A DNA stretch of 39,882 bases from Minisyncoccota bacterium (GCA_041664265.1 JBAYLD010000006.1:1-39882), one strand, 5' to 3'; numbered from the stretch's first letter, positions 24,837 through 34,476 are shown. Notes: generated by a model from the sequence alone, not told the origin. A program made the numbers and translations.

Positions 24837-27068
24837 TTAGAAATTCTCAAGGGTCTCATCATCCGATGGCGGACGCGAACCAGTAGGTGCTCTCGTGAGT
24901 ATTTCTCTCGGCTTCGATCCGTCGGCAGGGCCGATTATGCCGCGTTCCTCGAGGATATCCATGATTCGCGCGGCGCGCGAATAGCCGATCTTCAGTTTGC
25001 GTTGCAGATAGGAGGTAGAGGCGCGACCGGCCTCCTCAACCGCGACGCGGGCGTTCTCATAGAGATCGTCATCAACCTCATCGTCCAGGTCGCTGTTGGC
25101 AAGTCCGATAACATCCGTTGATTCAACGGAAGTACCGTTCCCCCCGAAGTCGATGCTTGAAAGATCGCCTGCATTATGACTCTTGATGTACTGCACAATT
25201 TTTTTCACTTCGCTCTCGCTAATAAATGCTGTTTGGATGCGCACCGGCTTCTGCATATCGCTGCCCTGGTAGAGCATGTCTCCCGCGCCGAGCAGCGTTT
25301 CTGCGCCCGCGCCATCGAGAATAGTGCGCGAATCTATCTGCGAGGCGACCTGGAGTGCCATGCGTGTTGGGATATTCGCTTTGATAAGGCCGGTGATGAC
25401 GTTTACCGATGGCCGTTGCGTGGAGAGTACCAGGTGGATGCCGACGGCGCGTGACATCTGAGCAAGGCGGACGATAGAGGCTTCGAGCTCTCGCGGGAAG
25501 CTGTGCATAATGTCTGCGAGTTCGTCGATAACAATAACGATATACGGGAGCGCCTCGGGCATATCGCCACTCGACTCTGCTCGTGATGAAGCCGCTCGTT
25601 TTGCCTTCGCCGGCTCATAGACAGAAGAGTGATACGAGTTGATATCGCGCACGCGCTCGGCTTCGAGGATGTTATAGCGGCGCTCCATCTCCTTTGCCGC
25701 CCATTTGAGGGAGAATATGGTCTTCTTTGGATCGGTGATGACGGGCGTGAGAAGATGGGGGATGCCATTATACGCAGTGAGTTCGACGCGCTTAGGGTCG
25801 ATCATGATGAAGCGCAGCTGGTTCGGGCCGTTCCGGTAGAGGAGGGAGGTGATGAGTGCGTGGATGGCGACTGACTTCCCCGAGCCGGTCGCGCCTGCGA
25901 CGAGCGCGTGGGGCATCTTCGCGATGTTCACATAGTGCGGCGTGCCGGTGATGTCGCGGCCAAGCGCGGCAAGCAATGACTTCGTGCTCTCATTCCACTC
26001 TGGCGCCGAGAGCAGGCCGCCAAGGCCAACCATCGCTTTCGTTGTGTTGGGGACCTCGATGCCAACAAGTGACTTCCCCGGAATAGGCGCCTCAATGCGC
26101 ACCGGGTGTGCCGCGAGCGCAAGCTCGAGATTATTCGCGAGCGAGACGATCTTTGAGAGGCGCACGCCCTCAGCAGGCTTGACCGCATAGCGCGTAACCG
26201 TCGGGCCGACCGAGACCTCGTCCATCTCAAGATGGATGCCGAAGTTTTGGAAGGTGCGCTTGATGATGTTCGCGTTTGCTTTTATATCTCCCACGCCGGG
26301 CTTGCCCTTGTCTGCACCGAGTATCGAGAGCGGCGGCGGGTCATATTCGGCATCGAAGTTTGCGATACCCGAAACATGCCCGTTTTCTTGGGGATCATTG
26401 GAGCCGCGGTTAAAGACAGTTATTACCGGCGCACGCTCCGGATCGGGCGTGTCCCCACAAGGTCCAGTCTCTTCAGAGTCATCGTCTTCAGGAATACCAA
26501 CGACGCCGGCTTCTTCATCGGCGTATACTCTCTCTCTATCTCTGCGCGCACGCATGCGTTCCCAAAGTGAGAGCACGTTCTCTCCGAGAATCGCACCGAG
26601 TGCTTCAAGATCAATGAGGATCGCGACACCAATCGCCACTGTCGCGACCAACAACACCATGGCGCCCCAGAAGCCGAAGAAGCTGGCAAGCATCCCGCCA
26701 AGCCATGTCCCAGCTATACCGCCGAAGCGCGCACCAGGGAAGAGGCCTGCAAAAGCAAGGAAAGAAGCAAGAGTGAGGAGGAGGCCGGAGGCCGTGAGCG
26801 GAGCAAGTACCGAACGGCCGAAGCCGGCATAGATCCCGACTGCCAGCAAGGCGAGCGGCAAGATAAATGCTCCGATACCCACGATGGCGTAACTGGCGGT
26901 AAAGACCGCGTCTCCTACTGGGCCTGCCGCGCCAAATATGGCGAGCAAAAGCAGAACACCTGCCGCAAAGAGTACGATAGCGGAAGCGTAGCGGACAAGC
27001 GAGCTATACTGGCGCACCTCCCGCTCGCGCGTACGTCCCCGCCGTCCATTGCCGTTTCCGCGATTCAT
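24837..27068 (-). CDS. ftsK: DNA translocase FtsK
   Basis: N-terminal TM helices, linker, motor domain with VAGATGSGKSV (Walker A) and IVIVIDELADIM (Walker B), and a C-terminal gamma wHTH (YLQRKLKIGYSRAARIMDILEERGII). I start at ATG 27068 (MNRGNGNG). Confidence 0.93.
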   Translation of the reverse strand: MNRGNGNGRRGRTREREVRQYSSLVRYASAIVLFAAGVLLLLAIFGAAGPVGDAVFTASYAIVGIGAFILPLALLAVGIYAGFGRSVLAPLTASGLLLTLASFLAFAGLFPGARFGGIAGTWLGGMLASFFGFWGAMVLLVATVAIGVAILIDLEALGAILGENVLSLWERMRARRDRERVYADEEAGVVGIPEDDDSEETGPCGDTPDPERAPVITVFNRGSNDPQENGHVSGIANFDAEYDPPPLSILGADKGKPGVGDIKANANIIKRTFQNFGIHLEMDEVSVGPTVTRYAVKPAEGVRLSKIVSLANNLELALAAHPVRIEAPIPGKSLVGIEVPNTTKAMVGLGGLLSAPEWNESTKSLLAALGRDITGTPHYVNIAKMPHALVAGATGSGKSVAIHALITSLLYRNGPNQLRFIMIDPKRVELTAYNGIPHLLTPVITDPKKTIFSLKWAAKEMERRYNILEAERVRDINSYHSSVYEPAKAKRAASSRAESSGDMPEALPYIVIVIDELADIMHSFPRELEASIVRLAQMSRAVGIHLVLSTQRPSVNVITGLIKANIPTRMALQVASQIDSRTILDGAGAETLLGAGDMLYQGSDMQKPVRIQTAFISESEVKKIVQYIKSHNAGDLSSIDFGGNGTSVESTDVIGLANSDLDDEVDDDLYENARVAVEEAGRASTSYLQRKLKIGYSRAARIMDILEERGIIGPADGSKPREILTRAPTGSRPPSDDETLENF

Positions 27069-27147
27069 AGATGCGTCTATTGTACCATCATGACAAAGCA
27101 GAAGCGCACAGGGAACAAAGATTCTATGCCAAAGTTTACGTCTGGGC

Positions 27148-27175
27148 TTGCACCTCATTGAATAGGACATATACT
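27148..27175 (+). promoter_or_regulatory. Candidate promoter
   Basis: TTGCAC (27148-27153), 16-nt spacer, TATACT (27170-27175), 13 nt before ATG 27189. Confidence 0.5.
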
Positions 27176-27188
27176 GGGTGCATACCCT

Positions 27189-27971
27189 ATGCAAAAAGGA
27201 CAAACTATAGGACACAATACAGAAGTCAGACAGATCCAAACAAAAGGGAGAGACGCTCGTTTAGAAGATTTTGTCCTAGAAAAGAGCATATTTAAGAACG
27301 TATTTGAAAAGGACATACGGAGGGTATTTATCTATAAGAAGGCTGAGCGGCTCGCAAAAGCGCTCCACCTCATCGCCCCAGCATTCTCAGAGTCAACGTC
27401 CTTAAAGAATCGCATTGATGCCATCGCGGTTGGTCTTGTTGATGCGGCGGCTGTGCCGCCCGGCGTCGTACTCTCCCGCGAACTTCTCACCCTTTCAAGC
27501 ATCCTCTCTATCGCCCATGTGGGCGGCCTTCTCTCGAATATGAATACGGAACTTATCACGCGCGAGGCGCACATCTTACTCCAAGAAGTAGCTAATTATG
27601 AGGAGCCGAGGCTTTCTCTTGACGAGATCCCGACGCTCTCTGACATAGCTAAAAACGCTCCCTCGCAAGAGGCCAAGTCTAGCCCGGATAGCAGTTCGTT
27701 AAAGCGAGCGACAGCAGAACGTCACGGGAGAGAGAAGATCGCGCCCAGTACAAAAGGACATATAAAGGACACAGGAAAAATAAAGGACAGACAAGAGACA
27801 ATACTGTCCGTTATAAAAAATAAGCAGAACGCGAGCATAAAAGACATTTCGACACTCATCCGCGGTGTCTCTGAAAAGACCATTCAGAGAGAACTCGCGG
27901 CTCTTATCGAGGCGAGGATGGTGGTTAAGAAGGGTGAACGGCGCTGGAGCACTTATCAACTAGCAGGATAG
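27189..27971 (+). CDS. Putative DNA-binding protein with C-terminal winged helix-turn-helix
   Basis: The C-terminal ~60 aa (ILSVIKNKQNASIKDISTLIRGVSEKTIQRELAALIEARMVVKKGERRWSTYQL) resemble a DeoR/MarR-type wHTH. The N-terminal half is helical, with a Ser/Lys-rich linker between the two. Confidence 0.6.
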   Translation: MQKGQTIGHNTEVRQIQTKGRDARLEDFVLEKSIFKNVFEKDIRRVFIYKKAERLAKALHLIAPAFSESTSLKNRIDAIAVGLVDAAAVPPGVVLSRELLTLSSILSIAHVGGLLSNMNTELITREAHILLQEVANYEEPRLSLDEIPTLSDIAKNAPSQEAKSSPDSSSLKRATAERHGREKIAPSTKGHIKDTGKIKDRQETILSVIKNKQNASIKDISTLIRGVSEKTIQRELAALIEARMVVKKGERRWSTYQLAG

Positions 27972-28044
27972 GCTTTAGGTACTAGGTTTTAGTAGCCCAT
28001 TGAATTGGCTAACGCCTAGAGCCTAGTGCCTGTTCCTGAACGCT

Positions 28045-28073
28045 TTGACTTGGAGGGGCGTATTTGATAGTAT
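28045..28073 (+). promoter_or_regulatory. Near-consensus sigma-70 promoter upstream of the surface-protein gene
   Basis: TTGACT (28045-28050), 17-nt spacer, TAGTAT (28068-28073). This implies a ~340-nt leader before ATG 28422. Confidence 0.55.
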
Positions 28074-28421
28074 GCTGTCTGTGATAGTGACTGGGGAATA
28101 GGTAAGTCGACACGGCCGGAAACGGCCTATTTTGCGTACCATTTCCTTGTCGTTATCCACATAGCAATATCCAGAAACGATTGCCTCCGCTATATACTAT
28201 GAGGCAGTCCCTGTGAGGGCATTTTGTCTCATTCTGTGACGAGCAAAATCGAATCCGAGGGGCGTACTTTGATAACCGAATAGTCCCGCTACAGCGGGAC
28301 AGAAATCCTTGCCAACTAACCCATGGCGCACTGGTCGATACCGTGCGCTGTGGGGTAGTGTGAAAGTGCTTCGTGCGAAAAACTTGATTACTATGTGCGT
28401 CTAAAATCATTAATAATTGTT

Positions 28422-31400
28422 ATGCAAACGTTAACTACAAAAGCGATGGCAAAAGTCGCGGCAGTAGCGACCGGACTCGCGATGGCGACGTCAATGCTCT
28501 CTCTTGCGCCTATCGCGCATGCGGCGACTTTGACTACTTCACAGATCCAGTCGATCCTCTCGCTTCTCTCTTCGTTCGGTGCAAATGCTGATACAATCGC
28601 GAACGTCAACGCAGCCCTCACCGGCCAGCCGACGACGGGTGGCGGCACGACGGGCGGCACAACTGCCTGCTCGTTCTCTCGTGATCTCACGATTGGTTCT
28701 ACCGGCGCTGATGTGACCTGCCTTCAGCAGGCGCTCATCGGCGGCGGCTTCTCGATCTCCGCAGGCGCGACTGGATACTTCGGTACTCAGACGCGAACAG
28801 CGGTTGCTTCATGGCAGTCGTCCAAGAATATCGCCCCGGCAGTTGGATACTTCGGTTCCATCTCTCGTGCGGCGTTCAATCTTGGCGGTACGCCGGGAAC
28901 ACCTGGTACACCGGGAACACCGGGTACTCCAGTCCCGACGGGCAACGGCCTGAAGGTCTCGCTCGCAACTGATTCCCCGAACAATGTTGCCTTGGTACAA
29001 GGTCAAGCGATCGGTGCACTCGCGAAGTTCACCTTCGCGAACCCGACTGCGGCTGAGATCAAGGTGACAAACCTTGGTTTCAAGCGCATCGGCGTCAGCA
29101 ATGACGCGACGCTTGCAAACGTCTACCTCTACAATGGGGCAACACGCCTCACTGATTCGGCAGGCGTAAGCAGCAGCGCGTTCAACTTCAACGACTCGAC
29201 GGGTATCTTCTCGGTTGGGGCAGGACAGACCGTAACGGTCTCGGTTCTTGCTGATATCGCTGATTCTACCTCGGGCCAGCAGGTTGGCGCACAGCTCGTA
29301 TCGGTCACTTCGACCGGCACGCTTGATTCCTCGGTAGCGTTCCCAATTAATGGAGGCATGCAGACCGTCTCGGCGGCTACGCTCGCGACCATTGACTTCG
29401 GTGCAACGACGCTTCCGGCGATAAACACCAGCCTGACCCCTCAGAACGAAACGACGGTCTGGCAGAACACGGTAACTATCGGAACGCGCGCAGTAACGCT
29501 TAAGTCCTTCCAGCTCCAAAACATCGGTTCCATTGCGGCAACGGATGTCACGAATCTCCGCCTCTTTGTAGACGGTGTGCAGGTTGGTACGGCAGCGTCA
29601 ATCAACGCGAACAACGTAGTCACGTGGGATCTCTCTGCAGCCCCGGTTCGCCTCGAGACAGGCGGTCGTGTGATCAAGGTCCTCGGCGACGTCGTCGGTG
29701 GCTCCTCGCTCACCTTCAAGCTCTCGCTCCGCCGCGCGTCTGACGCACAGATGGTGGACACTGACCTTAATCAGCCAGTGCTCGCGACAGCAAGCGGCTC
29801 TGCCTTCACTGCTCGCCAGGGAGGTGTGCAGACGATTGCTTCGGGAACCGTCTCGGTCGTGAAGTCGAATACCTCGCCTTCGGCAAGCGTCTCTCTTAGC
29901 TCGTCGAACGTGAAGTTCGCGACCTTCGAGATGCGCGCAGCCGGCGAAGATATCAAGGTTGATAACCTTGATATCAAGGCTCTCACGTCCGCAGACCATG
30001 GTCTCGACAACGGCAAGATCTTCCTCAATGGTGTCCAAGTTGGCTCCACGAAGGACTTGACCGATAACGCGGACGTGAACTTCACCTTCGGCTCTTCCTT
30101 CATCTTGAAGGCGGGTGCGACGGCTATCGTTGATGTCTATGCAGATGCGAAGACCTCGACTGGTGCTTCGTACACCGACGGCGAGACCGCTCAAATTGAG
30201 CTCTCGAGTCAGTCAGGCAACGGCAACGGTACTGGCCAAGTCTCGCTCTCGAGCGTAGACGTCCCTGGTTCAGTTGTAGACGGCAACAGCCTCACGATTT
30301 CTTCGGCGACCGCAACGTTGACGAAGTTCTCGGGCTACGGCAACACGACGATGATCGCGGGCACAAGCAACGCCCGCCTCGGTTCCTTCACGCTCTCAAC
30401 CGGATCTACGGAGGGGATGAACGTGAACACCATCACCGTTACGTTGTCCGCAGATGAGGCTGCGACGATTACCGATCTTAAGCTCGTCGACAACGCGACG
30501 GGTGCACAGATCGGCTCGACGAAGCCGACTGCAGGCACCAGCAACTCGTTCTCGGTCAACTTCACTATGGCGGCGTCAGCGACGAAGGTCATTGACATCA
30601 TTGCCAACGTGAAGTCCGGCTCGAACATCGGTACGTGGGCGGCGTTTGTCGACGGCTCGGCAACCGGTTCTGCAACCGGTTCCTCGATAAGCTTCGGCAG
30701 CTCCACCGCAAATGCACTCCAGACGATTACGATCGGTTCAGCCGTTCTCACGACTGCAAACGGCGTATCGCCTGATAATGCAAATGTGATCGCGGGTTCT
30801 TCGATGGTGAAGGTCGGCTCGTTCGACTTCACCGCGCAGTTCTCGGGCTACACGATAGATAAGATTAAGGTGAAGGTTCCTGCGAACGCAGCAACGGCGG
30901 TCTCCTCGATTACCTTGAGGTACCCGAACGCAGCTGGTGTCTCGACGGACTCTTTGCAAAACGTCACGGTTTCTTCGGGCGCGCAGACGCATGCAACGTC
31001 GACCTTCGAAGGTCTCACGTTCTTCGTCCCAGCAGGCACCACGAAGAGTCTTGACGTCTATGTCAACCTGAGCACCATCCAGAACGACGGTGATTCAGGC
31101 AAGTCAGTCTTCGTCTTGCTTGATAAAGATGAAGGCTTCCACGCGACGGATTCTTCTGGTACGGCAACAACGACCCTCACGGGCGCAGACCTCACTTCGG
31201 TCGCGACTGGCAAGGGTACGATGGTTGTCCGCAAGTCGATCCCGACTATCAGCGCGGTCGCGCTTGATAGTTCCACGCTCACCAACGGCACCAATAAGGC
31301 CCTTGCGCGCGTGAAGATCACGGCGGATGCCGCTGGTCCTATCAGCTGGAATGAGCTCGTATTCACCGTGAGTATGGCCTCTCCGTCTGATGTGCTCACT

Positions 31401-31853
31401 ATCGGTGCGACTTCGACGCTCGCCTTGTTCCCAGTTGGCGGCAGCAGCGCAATCGGCGGTACCTTCGCGACAACGACGGGTGCCCAGGATTACGTTGGCG
31501 CAACCAACCCATGGGGTGCTGCGACGACGGGTGGTACGCTGGCCTTCATGCCAAGCGCAGAACAGTCGATCTCGGCTGGTCAGAGCGCAACGTATGAGCT
31601 CCGCGGTACAGTCGGTGGCGTTTCGGCTGCCGGCGGATACTCGCTCGATGTCTCGATCGCGACGGCTGCTACCTCGGCAACAACCGGTACAGCAGCAGCT
31701 GTTGATGGTAATGGCGCGGCAACACCGTCCATTACCTGGTCTGACAAGTCGATTGTCTCCGCGGTGCACAGCACCGGTACGGCTGACTGGACGAACGATT
31801 ACCTCGTCAAGACTCTTCCTCTCACGATTGGAAGCTTGACTGCGGCACTCTAA
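28422..31853 (+). CDS. Large secreted S-layer-like surface protein with N-terminal peptidoglycan-binding domain
   Basis: Signal peptide (MQTLTTKAMAKVAAVATGLAMATSMLSLAPIAHA|A), then a PG_binding_1-like domain (LTIGSTGADVTCLQQAL...GYFGTQTRTAVASWQ), a (GTP)5 linker, and ~900 aa of Thr/Ser/Ala/Gly-rich beta repeats. Confidence 0.8.
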   Translation: MQTLTTKAMAKVAAVATGLAMATSMLSLAPIAHAATLTTSQIQSILSLLSSFGANADTIANVNAALTGQPTTGGGTTGGTTACSFSRDLTIGSTGADVTCLQQALIGGGFSISAGATGYFGTQTRTAVASWQSSKNIAPAVGYFGSISRAAFNLGGTPGTPGTPGTPGTPVPTGNGLKVSLATDSPNNVALVQGQAIGALAKFTFANPTAAEIKVTNLGFKRIGVSNDATLANVYLYNGATRLTDSAGVSSSAFNFNDSTGIFSVGAGQTVTVSVLADIADSTSGQQVGAQLVSVTSTGTLDSSVAFPINGGMQTVSAATLATIDFGATTLPAINTSLTPQNETTVWQNTVTIGTRAVTLKSFQLQNIGSIAATDVTNLRLFVDGVQVGTAASINANNVVTWDLSAAPVRLETGGRVIKVLGDVVGGSSLTFKLSLRRASDAQMVDTDLNQPVLATASGSAFTARQGGVQTIASGTVSVVKSNTSPSASVSLSSSNVKFATFEMRAAGEDIKVDNLDIKALTSADHGLDNGKIFLNGVQVGSTKDLTDNADVNFTFGSSFILKAGATAIVDVYADAKTSTGASYTDGETAQIELSSQSGNGNGTGQVSLSSVDVPGSVVDGNSLTISSATATLTKFSGYGNTTMIAGTSNARLGSFTLSTGSTEGMNVNTITVTLSADEAATITDLKLVDNATGAQIGSTKPTAGTSNSFSVNFTMAASATKVIDIIANVKSGSNIGTWAAFVDGSATGSATGSSISFGSSTANALQTITIGSAVLTTANGVSPDNANVIAGSSMVKVGSFDFTAQFSGYTIDKIKVKVPANAATAVSSITLRYPNAAGVSTDSLQNVTVSSGAQTHATSTFEGLTFFVPAGTTKSLDVYVNLSTIQNDGDSGKSVFVLLDKDEGFHATDSSGTATTTLTGADLTSVATGKGTMVVRKSIPTISAVALDSSTLTNGTNKALARVKITADAAGPISWNELVFTVSMASPSDVLTIGATSTLALFPVGGSSAIGGTFATTTGAQDYVGATNPWGAATTGGTLAFMPSAEQSISAGQSATYELRGTVGGVSAAGGYSLDVSIATAATSATTGTAAAVDGNGAATPSITWSDKSIVSAVHSTGTADWTNDYLVKTLPLTIGSLTAAL
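28887..28931 (+). repeat. (Gly-Thr-Pro)x5 linker-encoding tandem repeat
   Basis: ggtacgccg ggaacacct ggtacaccg ggaacaccg ggtactcca. Confidence 0.9.
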
Positions 31854-31909
31854 TCCAGCCACTTTGTGAAGGTCTGACCTTCACAAACCAGCTAGGAAAT
31901 TGGCCTAGC

Positions 31910-31947
31910 AAACACAAAAACCGCCCTTCGGGGCGGTTTTTGTGTTT
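31910..31947 (+). terminator. Strong intrinsic terminator
   Basis: AAACACAAAAACCGCCC-ttcg-GGGCGGTTTTTGTGTTT, preceded by two more hairpins at 31863-31887 and 31891-31909. Confidence 0.9.
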
Positions 31948-32097
31948 CTATACGGAATGTAACTTTTTAATGTTACGGGAGGTTATCCCCAGTTTTATTA
32001 AAGTTCTCTTAATGCTCCGTGGCAAGAAAGGGGTACACTTGAGTATGAAAGGCATCTGCGCCTTGTTAGTTTATTCGTATAAAAATTATCACACTTT

Positions 32098-32724
32098 ATG
32101 AATCGCATCGGGACATATCTTATCAGTGTTACCAAGACAGGGCGCGCTCTCTTGCTCGCTCTTGCAGTCATCTTCGTGAGCGCGGGCATCGCCCAGGCCG
32201 CAACGACGATCAGCACGAACATCAGCACTGCGGGGACGCTTGGCGTCACCGGCCTCTCTTCGCTCGGCCAGGCTTCGACAACGATCTTCTCTGCAACCGG
32301 TACTTCGTACTTCGGCGGGACAGCGACGTCAACCTTCAGCTCTGCGGGAGCGCTCACGCTCGTCGCTGCTCTGTCAGGCACATCTGGTTCGTTCTCAACG
32401 ACGCTCGGCGTAACTGGTCTTGCCACGTTGAGCGGAGGAGCAACAACGACTCAGGTTACCTTCCTCAGTGGTGATACGATTAAAAACGCTTCCGCTAGTA
32501 CGACTGCTATATCTGGTAGCGTTACCGCTGACGCGAACATGACACTCTTGAACGCGCAGGCCGCGACATCCACTCTTACAGCAGCGTGCGTCGTAACGAC
32601 TGCGACAAGTTCGGCAACAAAAATAAGGCTCATGTTTAACAATCAGGCAACGACGACAGCTCTAAACGGGAACACGGTACAAGGCGTTGTTCTATGGGGC
32701 TACGGCACCAACTGCACCAACTAG
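32098..32724 (+). CDS. Secreted Thr/Ser/Gly-rich repeat protein
   Basis: Signal peptide ending AQA|A. Internal repeats TLGVTGLSSLGQASTT and TLGVTGLATLSGGATTT. Confidence 0.7.
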   Translation: MNRIGTYLISVTKTGRALLLALAVIFVSAGIAQAATTISTNISTAGTLGVTGLSSLGQASTTIFSATGTSYFGGTATSTFSSAGALTLVAALSGTSGSFSTTLGVTGLATLSGGATTTQVTFLSGDTIKNASASTTAISGSVTADANMTLLNAQAATSTLTAACVVTTATSSATKIRLMFNNQATTTALNGNTVQGVVLWGYGTNCTN

Positions 32725-32760
32725 CATAGCGAGTTATTTACTAATTAATTAAAACTCACT

Positions 32761-33684
32761 ATGCCACGAATGCTCAAAGGCGCAGGAATTCTAGTGGCGC
32801 TACTCGCTCCCGCATTGGCGTTCGCCGCGTATAACGATGTCACGCTGACGACAGATACTGTTTTGAGCGTAAACGGCATTACGCTCAATGTTTCCGGCTC
32901 AAGTGCCGCTATCGAGTCAATCACTGTAAACGCAGCAAACTTCAGCGTGACGCTCTTATCAGGTTCGACGCTCCAAGTGACGGCTCCAGGATTAGAGACA
33001 CTCACGCCTGACACCTCGACGGGTAAGACGAACTACGTCTGCAACAGCAGCCAGTCGTTCATCACCTATGAGCCGACCGAGACGGTAACGGTCACCATCT
33101 CTCCGTCTTCGACGCTCTGTTCCGCAAACGTTGGCGGTGGCAGTTCAAGTAGTTCAAGTAGTTCAAGTAGTTCGAGCAGCTCCAGCAGCTCGAGTAGTAG
33201 CAGTTCGGCGACTCCGGCAGTAGCTGCCACGCCCGCGACACCAGCTACTCCTGCGGTAACAGCTGCAACCCCGGCTGCTCCTGCTACTCCAGCGGTAGCC
33301 GCCTCAGGCCTCCTGTCTTCGCAGATCCAGTCTATTCTTGATGTGCTTGCATCGTTTGATGTCGACGCGGCAACGATGGCGAGCGTCAAGTTGGCGCTTG
33401 AGGGCACAACGAACGGATCAGTAACGAGTGCTGCAGTGCGCGCGTTCAAAGCGAATCTCACCATTGGTTCTCTCGGGAGCGAGGTGAAGGCGCTCCAAGA
33501 GTTCTTGAACGCGAAGGGCTACACGGTCTCTAAGAGCGGCGCAGGCTCTCTGGGCAACGAGACGACGCGGTTCGGTGCAGCAACAAAGGCTGCACTGATT
33601 AAGTACCAAAAAGCGAAGGGCATCACTCCTGCTGTTGGGTACTTCGGTCCGAAGACTCGCACGGCTGTTGAAGCTGATCAATAA
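32761..33684 (+). CDS. Secreted protein with poly-Ser and Pro/Ala/Thr linkers and a C-terminal peptidoglycan-binding domain
   Basis: Signal peptide (ALA|FAAY region), Ser x22, an ATPAVAATPATPATPAV linker, then SQIQSILDVL... and a PG_binding_1-like domain (LTIGSLGSEVKALQEFL...TRFGAATKAALIKYQ). Confidence 0.8.
   Translation: MPRMLKGAGILVALLAPALAFAAYNDVTLTTDTVLSVNGITLNVSGSSAAIESITVNAANFSVTLLSGSTLQVTAPGLETLTPDTSTGKTNYVCNSSQSFITYEPTETVTVTISPSSTLCSANVGGGSSSSSSSSSSSSSSSSSSSSSSATPAVAATPATPATPAVTAATPAAPATPAVAASGLLSSQIQSILDVLASFDVDAATMASVKLALEGTTNGSVTSAAVRAFKANLTIGSLGSEVKALQEFLNAKGYTVSKSGAGSLGNETTRFGAATKAALIKYQKAKGITPAVGYFGPKTRTAVEADQ
33142..33207 (+). repeat. Poly-serine coding microsatellite
   Basis: 22 consecutive Ser codons starting with (AGTTCAAGT)x3, then mixed AGC, TCC, TCG and AGT. 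Confidence 0.9.
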
Positions 33685-33716
33685 TTTCTCGTCAGCAGTT
33701 CCGGTGCATTCATAAG

Positions 33717-33749
33717 CGAGAACATCCCGCCTTGAGCGGGATGTTCTCG
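33717..33749 (+). terminator. Terminator hairpin
   Basis: CGAGAACATCCCGC-cttga-GCGGGATGTTCTCG. The T tail is weak (TTGTGG). Confidence 0.6.
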
Positions 33750-33768
33750 TTGTGGTATATTTCATCCT

Positions 33769-34476
33769 ATGAATAAAAATGGGTTGCTGATCATTGGCGG
33801 TATTGTGGTCATGATTATTATCGCTGGAATTGCGCAGTTTTTATTCTCGCGCCCTGCGGACTCATCGTTGCTCCCAACATCTTTTACCCCTGTAGACAGC
33901 GATGGTGTGGTAACGCAAGATGTAAACGCCGTATCTACGACAAGTAAGTCAAACAATCCCAGCAGTCGCCCGACGGCGCATCCGCTCTCGCTCGTGGGGA
34001 GTGATCAAGTGGCGTCGTGGAGCTTCAAGGGTGCGTATGCCGGCAATCCGGAGCTTATGGTGAAGGCAGAGGCGGAGATAACACGCCTTTCTGATCTTGT
34101 GGGGGAGGGCACCTATCCGGACGTGACTCTCTTTGTCGGCATAGCCGGCCAGTATGAGCTCTTGGGAGACGGGAGGCAGGCATATGACTATCTCGGCCGC
34201 GCAGTCAGGGCAGGCGAGACGACCGCGCTCCCGTGGCATAATCTCGGCGTGCTTATGGAGCGGCTCGGGGCGTATAAGACGGCGCGTGTCGCGTATGAAA
34301 GGGCAACAATCCTCCAGCCGGAGCTGAAGGCGTGGCAGTATGCCTATATCGAATTCCTTATACTGCGCATGAAGGACGACACTGCTACCATTGAGAAAGC
34401 GTTTGCGGCAGCGCAAGCAAATCTCGGTGAGACGTCAGACATTCTGCAATTGCGCTCCGAATGGGAAAAGTCATGA
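33769..34476 (+). CDS. Membrane-anchored TPR-repeat protein
   Basis: N-terminal TM (LLIIGGIVVMIIIAGIAQFLF) and TPR-like helical repeats (AYDYLGRAVRAG...WHNLGVLMERLGAYKTARVAYERATILQP). TGGTATATT lies 7 nt before the ATG. Confidence 0.7.
   Translation: MNKNGLLIIGGIVVMIIIAGIAQFLFSRPADSSLLPTSFTPVDSDGVVTQDVNAVSTTSKSNNPSSRPTAHPLSLVGSDQVASWSFKGAYAGNPELMVKAEAEITRLSDLVGEGTYPDVTLFVGIAGQYELLGDGRQAYDYLGRAVRAGETTALPWHNLGVLMERLGAYKTARVAYERATILQPELKAWQYAYIEFLILRMKDDTATIEKAFAAAQANLGETSDILQLRSEWEKS

Noticed and set aside
27069-27239. Upstream extension of the ftsK ORF
   Set aside because: The Cys/His-rich, non-conserved peptide overlaps the divergent promoter region. MNRGNGNG followed by TM helices is a normal FtsK start.
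27972-28394. tmRNA, SRP RNA or RNase P RNA in the long intergenic region
   Set aside because: GGGGCGTA and TCGAATCC fragments resemble the ends of tmRNA. However, there is no GGAUUCGAC, no T-arm helix and no CCA-adjacent acceptor. The SRP GGAAGCAGC motif and the RNase P GAGGAAAGUCCGGGC motif are both absent.
31815-31832. LPLTIG near the C-terminus of the large surface protein, considered as a sortase LPxTG signal
   Set aside because: Only 6 residues follow it, with no hydrophobic segment or basic tail. The protein already has a PG-binding anchor domain.
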